DNA from: Chthonomonadaceae bacterium
GTDB taxonomy: Bacteria > Armatimonadota > Chthonomonadetes > Chthonomonadales > Chthonomonadaceae
Reading direction: 5' to 3'
Length of the DNA: 64,000 nt
Assembly: GCA_035653075.1 (NCBI GenBank)
Contig: DASRCN010000067.1
Location: forward strand, 13,233 to 77,232
Both the position numbers and the translations under genes were made by a program. This document shows, in pieces, positions 47,195 to 56,645 of this stretch. Each line of letters opens with the position of its first letter. The first letter of the stretch is position 1. Below the pieces are notes generated by a model. That model was given only the letters and a program-made list of their open reading frames with translations, did no database searches and was not told the DNA's origin.

Positions 47195-47508
47195 GTAGGG
47201 TTCCTTTCTAGATCCACACGTGGGGAACTTGGTCAGTATTACCCAGTTACGAACAGACCGAAGATGGTCGGCACTACAGTTGCATAGAAGGTGACAGAGG
47301 GGAAGTGGCTCGATAGGCATCTCTCCTGAGCAGCACAGGCTGCCGCAAAGTGGCGATCATACGCGCATAATAACAGATTGCCGTCGCATTGTCAATAAGA
47401 ATTTTCGCTAGCTTTTATGTTCGATGATGCAAATGGGAGCAAACAACCGGAAAGCGCCTGCCGGAAAGCCGGCAGGCGCTCTTGTTGAGGGTTTAGAACG
47501 GGCCGGGC

Positions 47509-48045
47509 TTACGGGCGCATGGCCAGCAGCCGGGCTTTCTCGATGGCAAGTCGCAGGGTATCGATGTCCCAGAAGTCGTCGTGGCGGACGCCGTTGACGA
47601 AGAAGGTCGGGGTGCTGCGCACCCCGGCGGCCACGCCGCTGTGGAGGTCTTCGAGGACCCGCTCGACGAAGGTATGGTTTTCCAGGTCGGCGGCGAACGG
47701 GCGGGTATCCAGGCCCATCGCGGTGGCGTAAGCCAGCAGGTTCGCTTCGTCCAGAACATCCTGGTTCTGCAGCAGATGGCGATGCATCTCCCAGAACTTG
47801 CCCTGCTTGCCCGCGGCTTCGGCGGCTTCGGCGGCGCGCTGGGAGGGGGAGTGGGCGGTCTCGCGCGGAAAATGGCGATAGATCAGCCGGATCGGGTCGC
47901 CGGCCTCGCGGATTTCGTCCACGATGACCATGGCCTGCCGGCAGTGCGGGCAGTCGTAGCTGCCGTACATTACCAGCGTGACCGGCGCGTCGGCCGGACC
48001 CAGCGTATGATCGCTTTCGCGAACGGGAGTTACGAGCGTGCTCAT
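47509..48045 (-). CDS. DsbA-like thioredoxin-fold protein
   Basis: CPHC active site (...MYGSYDCPHCRQA...) and DsbA-like helical insertion. Start set at MSTLVTPV. Confidence 0.8.
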   Translation of the reverse strand: MSTLVTPVRESDHTLGPADAPVTLVMYGSYDCPHCRQAMVIVDEIREAGDPIRLIYRHFPRETAHSPSQRAAEAAEAAGKQGKFWEMHRHLLQNQDVLDEANLLAYATAMGLDTRPFAADLENHTFVERVLEDLHSGVAAGVRSTPTFFVNGVRHDDFWDIDTLRLAIEKARLLAMRP

Positions 48046-48214
48046 GAGGTTCCTCCTTGCGGACACGGCAAGGGAATGCGAATCTCGATGCCGTTCTTTC
48101 CGTATCATGGATTACGAATGGGCTGGACAGATAGCTGCAGGCAAAACTCACCTCGGTAAGACCGGCCCTACTTTGACCGATCCCTCCGTTCCCTCCGTCG
48201 CCAGGAATTTTCGC

Positions 48215-48259
48215 TTGACATTTCTCTGAGCCTCTGCTATAATCATTATCAATAATGAT
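48215..48259 (+). promoter_or_regulatory. Sigma70 consensus promoter TTGACA-17-TATAAT with overlapping perfect inverted repeat ATCATTAT-CA-ATAATGAT (candidate operator for the ArsR-like autoregulator)
   Basis: Hexamers at 48215-48220 and 48238-48243 with a 17-bp spacer. 8-bp inverted repeat arms at 48242-48249 and 48252-48259. GGAGGGAG RBS precedes the ATG at 48298. Confidence 0.5.
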
Positions 48260-48297
48260 AATACAGGGGCAAGCAAGCCGGAACGCGAGGAGGGAGC

Positions 48298-48843
48298 ATG
48301 GCTACTTCCAGGGCCGACCTGATCACCCATCCTATGCGGGCGCGCATCATCGCCGCGCTCATGGGCAGGCAGCTTACCACCCAGCAGATGGCGGAGCTGC
48401 TGCCGGACATTCCCCTGCCTTCTCTCTACCGGCACGTACGGCTGCTGGTGGAGGCGGGCGTTCTGAAGGCGGTCGAGGAGGTCCGCGTGCATGGCGCGCT
48501 GATGAAAGTCTATGCTCTGCAGGAGGGCGGCGGGCGACTGCAACCCCAGGATGTCGCCGACGCTGACCGCGCCGACCGCCTGCGCCACTTTACGACGTTT
48601 CTCAATACTCTGCTGGAGAGCTATCGTCTGAAGCTGGAGCAGAACGATCCCGAACCCGGCGCGGATTTCCTGAACTGTCTGGTCGAGCCGCTCTATCTGC
48701 GTCCGGAAGAGACAAAGGGCTTCGTCGAGGCGCTGCAGGCGTTTCTGGAGCCCTGGCGCGCGCACCCTTCGGCTCCGGATCGCCGCCGGCTGCTCTTCGC
48801 CCGGATTCTCTTTCAGGACAAGCCCGATCCGCCGCTTACTTGA
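48298..48843 (+). CDS. ArsR/winged-helix family transcriptional regulator
   Basis: N-terminal wHTH ...ITHPMRARIIAALMGRQLTTQQMAELLPDIPLPSLYRHVRLLVEAGVLKAVEE.... Followed by a hydrolase gene in the same orientation. Confidence 0.65.
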   Translation: MATSRADLITHPMRARIIAALMGRQLTTQQMAELLPDIPLPSLYRHVRLLVEAGVLKAVEEVRVHGALMKVYALQEGGGRLQPQDVADADRADRLRHFTTFLNTLLESYRLKLEQNDPEPGADFLNCLVEPLYLRPEETKGFVEALQAFLEPWRAHPSAPDRRRLLFARILFQDKPDPPLT

Positions 48844-48851
48844 GCCCGTGT

Positions 48852-48940
48852 GGGCCGGGCACGGAATTACCCACCTGGGGGTCCTTCGGCCCGCGGGGCG
48901 TCTACTCGAACCTTCGGGCAATCCTACGGGCGGGAAAGTC
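48852..48940. repeat. Dispersed intergenic repeat, family A copy (GGGCCGGGCACGGAATTACCCACCTGGGGGTCCTTCGGCCC...CGAACCTTCGGGCAATCCTACGGGCGGGAAAGTC)
   Basis: Shares core blocks with the copies at 17495, 26377 and 41424. Contains two CCTTCGG tetraloop modules. Confidence 0.45.
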
Positions 48941-49044
48941 AAGATCAGGTCGCTTACACAGAATGTTCGTACGGGCTCTCGACGTTCGCTACAAGTAACA
49001 CACCCGGTTCACCGGGTACACACCGACGAATGGAGATATTTTCG

Positions 49045-50574
49045 ATGCGAGACTATCTTTACTTGGGTCTTATTGCTACTATCACTAGCCTGGCCCTGGC
49101 CGTTGGCGCGGTATCGGCGGCTGCGCAAAGCGATCCGCCTGCCAATAATGCAGCGGCCCTTCCAGATACGCCGGCAGGACGACTGGACCGCGCGCTGCTG
49201 GAGGCGATCGATAGCGGCGATCGGGCCGCAATGCTGCGGTTCGTTACCACATCGACCACCGAGGAAGGGCTGCTGCGCTACCCGGCGGAAGACCAGGTGA
49301 CTTTTATGACCCGAATCTACGAACAGAGCGGTGGCCTGGAGGTCATGCAGGTTCTGCCGGAGCGGATGCGCGGCGAGCTGCGTATGAACGTACGCAGCAA
49401 GCGCGGCGACCACTGGGCGCAACTCTACCTGCGCGTCAATGCAGCCCACCCGGAGAAGCTGGACGGGTTCGGCCTGCTTCCTCGCCGAGATCCCGAAGCG
49501 GAAAAGGCGGATGCCTGGTCGGAGGGAAGGTTAAGCGAGGCCGGTATCGTCCGGGAAATCAGGAAGCATGTCGAGAAAGCGGTGGCGGAGGACCGCTTCT
49601 CTGGGGTGGCGCTGGTCGCCAAAGGAGAGAAGATCCTGTTTAACCGAGCCTACGGATTTCAGGAGAAAGGCAACCGCATCCCCAACCGGCTCGATACGAA
49701 GTTCAACCTCGGCTCGATGAACAAGATGTTTACCAGCGTGGCCATCGCGCAGTTGGTGCAGGCCGGCAAGCTCTCGTATCAGGACACATTGGCGAACGTA
49801 CTGCCGGAATATCCCAACAAGGAGACAGCCGCCAAAATCACCCTCCACCACCTGCTCACGCACACCGCCGGACTGGGGGACATCTTCGTGCCCGAATTCT
49901 TCCAGAACCGGGAGCGATATCGCAAGCCTGCCGACTACTTCCCGCTTTTCGCGCACCAGCCGCTCCTGTTCGCGCCGGGGACAGGCTGGTCCTACAGCAA
50001 CGCCGGATTCGTGGTGCTCGGCGCGGTGATCGAAAAGGTGTCCGGCCAGGACTATTTCGACTACATTCGCGAGCACGTCTATACTCCGGCCGGAATGCAC
50101 GATACCGATTCCTATGAGATGAATCAGGTGGTACCGAATCTGGCGGTGGGCTACATGCGTTATGACGATGAAGACCCGTTCGGCATCGAGCCGCGCCGGA
50201 GCAACTGGATGTTCCTTCCATGGAAGGGCAACCCGGCGGGAGGCGGCTACTCCACCGCGCCCGACCTGCTCAAGTTCGCGCAGGCGCTGCGCGGCCATAA
50301 GCTGCTCAATGCCGCTCTGACCGAGACCATCACCAGCGGGAAGGTAGACACTCCCTTCGGTCCGGACCGCCGGTACGGCTATGGCTTTGGGGAATCTCTT
50401 TTTAACGGCAGATCGGTGCGCGGGCATAACGGCGGGGGCCCGAATTCGGGCATCAATTCCGACCTGGAGATGTTCTGGGACGGAAGCTATACGGTCATTG
50501 TGATGGGCAACTACGACGCCCCGGCCGCGCAGGACCTGGCCACCAAAATCTGTACCTTCCTCTCCCGGCAGTAG
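49045..50574 (+). CDS. Secreted serine hydrolase of the beta-lactamase/transpeptidase family (class C-like)
   Basis: Signal peptide. SxxK motif in ...LGSMNKMFTSVAIAQL.... Y-x-N-like and C-terminal ...HNGGGPNSG... (KTG-equivalent region) blocks. Confidence 0.85.
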   Translation: MRDYLYLGLIATITSLALAVGAVSAAAQSDPPANNAAALPDTPAGRLDRALLEAIDSGDRAAMLRFVTTSTTEEGLLRYPAEDQVTFMTRIYEQSGGLEVMQVLPERMRGELRMNVRSKRGDHWAQLYLRVNAAHPEKLDGFGLLPRRDPEAEKADAWSEGRLSEAGIVREIRKHVEKAVAEDRFSGVALVAKGEKILFNRAYGFQEKGNRIPNRLDTKFNLGSMNKMFTSVAIAQLVQAGKLSYQDTLANVLPEYPNKETAAKITLHHLLTHTAGLGDIFVPEFFQNRERYRKPADYFPLFAHQPLLFAPGTGWSYSNAGFVVLGAVIEKVSGQDYFDYIREHVYTPAGMHDTDSYEMNQVVPNLAVGYMRYDDEDPFGIEPRRSNWMFLPWKGNPAGGGYSTAPDLLKFAQALRGHKLLNAALTETITSGKVDTPFGPDRRYGYGFGESLFNGRSVRGHNGGGPNSGINSDLEMFWDGSYTVIVMGNYDAPAAQDLATKICTFLSRQ

Positions 50575-50686
50575 AGGGAAGGCATGGAACAGGCTACACG
50601 CGCCTTCTCAGGAACAAAGCAGGAGGCTTTCCCGCTCTTACGGCTTGTAGGGCGAGATTTCATCATGCTGTCTCTGGAGGAACGAA

Positions 50687-50890
50687 ATGAAAGAGACGAG
50701 GCTGACATTGCCGGAGATCGGGCTGATAGCCGTAACGCGTGGAATGCTTGGGGCAGGAGTGGCCCTGTTATTGGGGGATAAACTGGATACGAGCCGGCGA
50801 AAAGCCATAGGGAAGGTATTGTTTCTTCTCGGAGCGGTGAGTACGATCTCCCTGGCGATAGATATATGGAGCAAGCGGCAGCCATCCTAA
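50687..50890 (+). CDS. Small membrane protein (67 aa, two TM segments)
   Basis: GGAGGAAcgaaATG RBS. Two hydrophobic helices. Confidence 0.4.
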   Translation: MKETRLTLPEIGLIAVTRGMLGAGVALLLGDKLDTSRRKAIGKVLFLLGAVSTISLAIDIWSKRQPS

Positions 50891-50969
50891 CGGTTTACAC
50901 CTTCCTGGCCTCTCTGAGCAACGGCGTGGAGGGCTATGAGAGTTGATGAGTTTTCGATAGCGATCTGCC

Positions 50970-51773
50970 TCATCGTTGTTGTCGAGTCCATTCGCTCTCG
51001 ATGTAGGCCAGACGCAGGCCGGCCCGCTGTTGATTGCGGAAGCTGCTCGAGTTGAAGCTGGCGGCGCCCGTCACGAAGGGACATCCTAGCTGATGGGCGA
51101 CGTGGAGACGATGGTGAACGAGCGCCAGGTGGCAGCCTTTTCGCCGGTATTGCGGGACGACGGCGCCCCCGACCACGTGCGCGACTCCGTCCTCATCCAC
51201 CCGAAGCGCGCCAACGCCGGCAGGCTTGCCCTCGTACCGAGCGAGAAACCGGCGCTCGCCCGGCGCGGCCTCCGTTCGCACCCCCTGCATCGCCGCTTCC
51301 CGCCAGGCTGCGTGCCATTCGAATCCGTCGGCGGTGGCGGTGACAAACTCTTCCAGGTTGTCCGCCGTGACCGGCTCGATGGTCACGGCGGATGGCAGCG
51401 AGACCGGCGCGTCCTGCGGCAAACCGTAGAGGAGCGCCTGCTCGAAGTCGCACTGCCCGAATCCTGCCGCCGTCAATGCCCGGGCGACCTTTCGCGAAAA
51501 TCCCATGGGAGCCAGGTAGAAATGGGGCTCCAGGTCGTCCTGCGCGTAGAAGCTTAGAATGTCTTCGAGATGGTGGATGTCATCGTGTCCGAAGCAGAAC
51601 ACCTTATTGCGGGGACGTCCGCCTCTGGCTTTGACGGCGATCGTTCGGCCGAATTCCGCGGCCTGCTGCGGGAAGGGGTCTTGCGCCTGATCGGGCGCTC
51701 GGAGACTGCCTTCCCCAACCCGCCGCTCGATCCGAAGGGCCAGGTCCCTGGTAAGGGGTGGAGCTTCTGCCAT
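50970..51773 (-). CDS. GNAT-family N-acetyltransferase (two-domain)
   Basis: C-terminal ...VVPQYRRKGCHLALVHHRLHVAHQLGCPFVT... acetyl-CoA-binding-like block. Weak overall. Confidence 0.5.
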   Translation of the reverse strand: MAEAPPLTRDLALRIERRVGEGSLRAPDQAQDPFPQQAAEFGRTIAVKARGGRPRNKVFCFGHDDIHHLEDILSFYAQDDLEPHFYLAPMGFSRKVARALTAAGFGQCDFEQALLYGLPQDAPVSLPSAVTIEPVTADNLEEFVTATADGFEWHAAWREAAMQGVRTEAAPGERRFLARYEGKPAGVGALRVDEDGVAHVVGGAVVPQYRRKGCHLALVHHRLHVAHQLGCPFVTGAASFNSSSFRNQQRAGLRLAYIESEWTRQQR

Positions 51774-52013
51774 AGATACCCTTTCCTATGCGCCTACCCG
51801 CGTTGGGTGACCGCTCGCGAAATGCCCCAGAGCACAGCTCCGTTTTCTACGGGGCCGGTAGAGAGTCCTACGGAACAGGCTGTTTTTGTCTCTTCCGTAA
51901 AATAAGGAACTCCGGAATCAGGTCCCATCCCGGAAACAGGCGACGATAAAGGCGGGATACAGACGGTAAAGAGAGCATTGCACCACGGATAAACAGGCAG
52001 ACACAAAGACAAA

Positions 52014-52042
52014 TTTTGACAAATCACATTTCAAATGATACA
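52014..52042 (+). promoter_or_regulatory. Sigma70 consensus promoter TTGACA-17-TACAAT upstream of the GloVer-repeat gene
   Basis: Counted directly. About 175-nt leader to ATG 52216. Confidence 0.4.
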
Positions 52043-52215
52043 ATTACCTGGAACAGTTTGTATGGCTTCAAAAGCGAGGGGCTATTGTGCCCCTCTTCAT
52101 TCGCAATAGCGCCCACCGCTGTGGCGTCCACCGATTCGGATGTTTCTGCCTTGCAGACCATTCCGGTATTCATCCCGGCAGTTTGTCCGGTTGTACTCTA
52201 AAGGAGATAGCATCA

Positions 52216-53725
52216 TGTTTGACAGCCGTGCGTTCTCGCATAGGCCCAAGGCGGTCCGCCTCGATCGCGCTCTGACGTTCTTATTGATCTTCTGTCTGGC
52301 GCTTGGCCTGGCGTCTGTTCGTCCGGCGCAGGCGCAATTGACCGACAGCGTTCTCTACAGCTTCAATAGCGCCAGCGGCGCCGCGAATTCAAGCTATACC
52401 ACCGGTCGCCTGGCCTTAGGAAAGGACGGCAACTATTACGGCACCACCGTTGGGGGTGGTCTTTATGGCTATGGCACGCTGTTCGAGGTCAGCCCTTCCG
52501 GCCAATTGACCGTCCTGCATAATTTCACCAATGGCAACGATGGCGCCAACCCTACGAACGGTGTCGTTTTCGACGGCAAAGGTAATCTGTATGGCGATGC
52601 GGCGAACGGCGCCATCGGCGGCTTCGGCGTTACCTACGAGTATTCGCCCGCAACGGATACCTTTACCGTCCTCTACCAGTTTCATGGCCCGGATGGCGAC
52701 GGCCCCAACGGCGTGATGCTCATCGGCAACAACCTGTATGGCGTGACATACTTTGGTGGAATCGGAAGCGGGCTGGGGAATGGTGTCGTCTACAAGATCG
52801 AGCTGCCCACCGCCACCCGGTCGCTGACCTTTAAAGTCCTGCACTATTTCTCCGGATCGGATGGAGAAAATATGTGGGGTCCGCTGGTGGAAGGCTCGGA
52901 CAAGTACCTCTACGGGACGACGGGCTTCGGCGCCAACGGAGAGGAACCGTCTTTCAAATCAGCCAGGATGGCCGCGTCTTCAACACGCTGCACACGTTCA
53001 GCGGGCCGGACGGCGCCTACCCGGTTGCCGGCCTGATCGAAGGCAGCGATGGCCTGCTCTATGGCACGACCGCCGATGGCGGCCCCAGTTGGACAGGCGC
53101 CAACACGGGCCATGGCACGGTCTTTCAGATCAGCCGGGACGGCGGTGTCTTCAATACCCTTCATGCCTTTGACGGCACGGATGGCGCGGACCCGATCAGC
53201 GCCCTGCTGCCGGCTACCGACGGGCTGCTCTACGGCACGACTCGCTATGGCGGCCCCGACTTCACCGGCAGCGCGACCGGCGGGGGCACGGCCTTTCAAA
53301 TGAGCCTGAACGGCAGCGTCTTCAACAGCTTCTACAGTTTCGGCGCTTCGAGCACGGACGCCGCCAACCCGATATGCGGGCTGCGGGAAGGGCCGGATGG
53401 CAACCTCTATGGGATCTCCGGTACGGGCGGAGCGAACGGCTCCGGCGCGGTGTATCTACTCCCGACCCAACTGCCGATCATCAAGGGCTTCAGTCCCACT
53501 TCCGGCAGCGCCTCGGCAGGCACGATCGTATCCGTCCGAGGCGTCAATTTGGAGAGCGCCAGCGCCATTACCATCGCCGGTGTCGCGCAAACAATCCTGA
53601 GTAAGACCGCCACAGCAGTCAAATTCAAACTCGCCGCGGCCACTCCGACGGGCAGTTACACCCTCTTCGTAACCACGCCCAACGGCACTGCGACCAGCGC
53701 CCGGACGTTTACCGTCGATCCGTAA
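52216..53725 (+). pseudogene. Frameshifted choice-of-anchor tandem-repeat (GloVer/Gloeo_Verruco repeat) protein with C-terminal IPT/TIG domain
   Basis: Signal peptide, then at least 9 repeats of the LYGTTxxGGxxGxGTVFxxxxxGxxxxL type. The reading frame shifts near 52938-52946 (GANGEEPSFKS... against the expected GANG-GTVFQISQDG, which continues in the +1 frame as ORF 52874-53725). C-terminal IPT domain (IIKGFSPTSGSASAGTIVSVRGVNL...). Confidence 0.6.
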
Positions 53726-53791
53726 GCCATTGCTGTTTCATCAGAAAAGCTCTCTGCCTTTTGACAGAGAGCTTTTTCATGGCAGCGGCGA

Positions 53792-56032
53792 CTAGGGCTT
53801 GACGGTCAGGGTGTGCTGACCGGACCCGGAGATCACCGCCCGTACCACGCCGCCACTGCCGAACTGAGCGGCAAACGGCTGGCCGCCGTCGATCTGGATC
53901 GTCCAGCTTAAGGTCGGATCCAGATCCAACAAGTACGCGTCCGTTTCCCTGGCGGTGATGGTAAAGCTCAGGCTGTAGCTGCTCTCCACCAGCCGGCTCG
54001 CCGCGTTGTTGGAGAAGACCGCCAGGGTCGCCGCCTCCTTGCCGGGGCAGACCAGCGCGCCGCTGATCCCGTTGCCATCTACCCGGCCGATCGCCGGCGT
54101 TGAGTTATCGTAGATACAGAGGGCATGAAGGAGGAAATGCCAGGCATTGTCATCGCTGAATGTCTCTCTGACCTGGTACTTGCGCTCTGTATTCGGAACG
54201 CCTCCATAATTGAAATAGAGATAGTTTCCCAGGCTATCTGTCGCCGACTCGTTGACGATGGAAAAGGCAGTCTGCGTGGGACTGGGCGCCAGCTCCTGGG
54301 ACACCACATACTGCCCGCCCGCCGTTTTCCAGGCGATCGCGCCATTCTGGATGGCCGGGGCGATGGGCATGTGCAAGGTCCATTGCAGCGGTCCGAAGGG
54401 AAAGACGCTCGTCTCGGCGTTCTGGATATTGGCGGCATCCCAGGATCGCCAATCATTCAGGAAGGAACCCGCCAGCATGGGATTGGTGGCGTTGACCCGA
54501 TCGGCCACGATCAGCACGTCGGCCGTCTTATTGACCCCATGCACGTAGAGGACGCTGCCCGTCTGCTCGGAGATGTAGGCAGGGGGCGGAGTATAGTAGT
54601 TGGAATTATAGGGCGATCCCGAAGTCTCGCTGCGCTGGTAGCAGTAGTTGGAGCCGTCCTCCCAGGCGGTAGCGGCATGCTGCCACATGACCCCTAGCCC
54701 ACCGGCCACGACCGTGTTGTTGCCGTTCTCATCGCAGCCCATGCCGCCATACGTGATCGGATGCGTCAGCGCCCATTCGCCTTTCCGGTACAGACGGAAG
54801 CTTCTAAAGACTTCATCCTGCTGCGTGTGATCGACCAGACTCATAGGGTCGGTGTTCACGCCGAAGACACTGTCGCCGGTCGTATCCCAGCCGCTTCTCC
54901 AGACGGAGAGGCCGCTGCCGTTGACGGGCCATGTCTCCGAGCGGAAATCGGTGGCGGGCGCAAAGGGATCCATGCAAAGATACATGCGGCAGGCGTAGCT
55001 TCGGTAGCCATAGAGACTGGCCCAGTAGTTGACCAGCCATTGCAGTTCGGCGCCAACGCCGGTGCCTTCCAACTGGCGGGCCAGCATCGTCATCGTGCAG
55101 AGGGTATCGGCGATGTGGAGCTGATGTGGGAATCCATCGTCTCCGAACTGGAACTCGTCGATCAGGGAGTTGGTCAGGATTCCGATTGCGGCCTGGCCGA
55201 TCTGGGGCAGGGCTGCGGTGACTTCCGGGAAATGGTCCTGGCCGGTGATCTCATTGATGGCCAGGGTATAGAGCAAGAGGGGTTCGAGGGAAGCGTTGAA
55301 ATACTGCGTGCCCTCCAGCCAGACGCCTCCCGAAGTGGGGGTCGGGCAGGTGCGGGTCACATAGTCGTAGATGGCGTTGCGGGCGCTGCCGCGAGGCCCC
55401 AGGGTGGCATCGTAGTCCAGGCCGCCATACGGCTTCCAGGCGCCACTGTCGTCCCAGGTGCCGGAAAGCATCGTACTGGCCTGGGGATTGTCGGGCGCGG
55501 AGATGAGCGACCACAGGCACAACCCCAGGTATTCGCCAATCAGCCCGTTCGCGTTTCCACTGAAAAAACCGGTTCGCGCCCTCTGCGCGATGCCGTTCAT
55601 CCAGGCGATGTAGAGCTGCTGGTCCGATGAGGAGAGCGTGGAGTAGAGAATGCGGAAGCAGATGGCGTACAGCCCGAAGTAGATGCGGATGCTATTGTTA
55701 TTGTTTCCACAGGGAAGCGTTCTTGCCTCAGCATACGGTTTGATGGCCGACCAGGCGTTTTGAGCATATTTGGGATTGCCGGTGTAGAGATAGGCGTACG
55801 CAGCGGCTGTCCCCTGGTTCTCGATCCCGGTCTGGCCCGTCGAATCGGAAGCGTACTTCAGCAGATAAGAAAACCACACGTTGTTGGTGGCGACCATCTT
55901 CTGGCGTATCGCCTGATCCTGCGCGGTATTGAACGGCATGGGCACCTGCTGGCCCTGGCTGATGGTGGGGAAAATCGAGAGTAGTATTGCTATAATAGCA
56001 AATAGTACCCTGACTCCTTTTTTCTGTTTCAT
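53792..56032 (-). CDS. Secreted hypothetical protein, (alpha/alpha)-toroid plus beta-sandwich, tentatively heparinase II/III-like polysaccharide lyase
   Basis: Signal peptide. Start at MKQKKG with AGGAGAGGG RBS. W/Y-rich catalytic-domain-like N-half and beta-rich C-half. Function is inferred from fold-type features only. Confidence 0.6.
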   Translation of the reverse strand: MKQKKGVRVLFAIIAILLSIFPTISQGQQVPMPFNTAQDQAIRQKMVATNNVWFSYLLKYASDSTGQTGIENQGTAAAYAYLYTGNPKYAQNAWSAIKPYAEARTLPCGNNNNSIRIYFGLYAICFRILYSTLSSSDQQLYIAWMNGIAQRARTGFFSGNANGLIGEYLGLCLWSLISAPDNPQASTMLSGTWDDSGAWKPYGGLDYDATLGPRGSARNAIYDYVTRTCPTPTSGGVWLEGTQYFNASLEPLLLYTLAINEITGQDHFPEVTAALPQIGQAAIGILTNSLIDEFQFGDDGFPHQLHIADTLCTMTMLARQLEGTGVGAELQWLVNYWASLYGYRSYACRMYLCMDPFAPATDFRSETWPVNGSGLSVWRSGWDTTGDSVFGVNTDPMSLVDHTQQDEVFRSFRLYRKGEWALTHPITYGGMGCDENGNNTVVAGGLGVMWQHAATAWEDGSNYCYQRSETSGSPYNSNYYTPPPAYISEQTGSVLYVHGVNKTADVLIVADRVNATNPMLAGSFLNDWRSWDAANIQNAETSVFPFGPLQWTLHMPIAPAIQNGAIAWKTAGGQYVVSQELAPSPTQTAFSIVNESATDSLGNYLYFNYGGVPNTERKYQVRETFSDDNAWHFLLHALCIYDNSTPAIGRVDGNGISGALVCPGKEAATLAVFSNNAASRLVESSYSLSFTITARETDAYLLDLDPTLSWTIQIDGGQPFAAQFGSGGVVRAVISGSGQHTLTVKP

Positions 56033-56056
56033 CCGTGTAACCCTCTCCTTGCTCAC

Positions 56057-56082
56057 CCTGCAGGCAGTCCTGCCTGCAGGGC
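56057..56082. promoter_or_regulatory. Perfect 12-bp-arm palindrome CCCTGCAGGCAG-TC-CTGCCTGCAGGG in the 5' leader of the 53792-56032 gene
   Basis: Seen directly, about 25 nt upstream of the minus-strand start codon. Could be an operator or a 5'UTR hairpin. Confidence 0.3.
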
Positions 56083-56645
56083 AACGGGAACCCTTGCATT
56101 CCCTTTGGGATTATGCGCGGACGGCAGATTATTGCTTACGCGTATAATCGCCGGAAGCGCGCTCGCCGGACGCGATTCTGCGGTTCGCGCGCTGCCGCAA
56201 AGCGACGAGGCGGCAAAAACACCGGCCGCCAGGCAGCATGACGGGCGCGAACGCAGTCGCACGATTGTGTCCAGCCTGCCTGCAAGCCGGACATAGCGCG
56301 AAGGCAGAGGCCTGCGCGCATCGATAGTGCCGATGGGCCTTATGGTTGGAAACGACAGAAGGAAAGGCGAGGATTCGGCTTACAGAGTCCGCTGCCCCCG
56401 AGAGGGCAACCGAATGTTTGCGCGATGCGCTTCTTTAAAAGAAGCGCATGCTAGTGGGGACGGGAAGGAAGCCGAGCTTCCAAAACTAAGGATGCCATCT
56501 ATCCGGGCCTGAGCCAGCCGGTAGAAGAACCTGTTTTGGGCATGCTCTCGTCTTTAATGACGCAGCCAGGAGCTAAAACAGCACGTCTCGGCAACTTAGA
56601 ATTTTCTAAAAGCTTTCGATTTCTTCGTGCCGCCGATCCGCTAAC

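Noticed and set aside
48850-49044. N-terminal extension of the beta-lactamase-family ORF beginning MGRARNYPPGGPSARG...
   Set aside because: Again translation of the family A repeat. Signal-peptide logic supports a start at 49045.
52874-53036. Separate ORF start at 52874 (MGSAGGRLGQ...) and the tail of ORF 52140-53036
   Set aside because: Both are out-of-frame readings around a single frameshift in one GloVer-repeat gene. Treated as one pseudogene or sequencing error.
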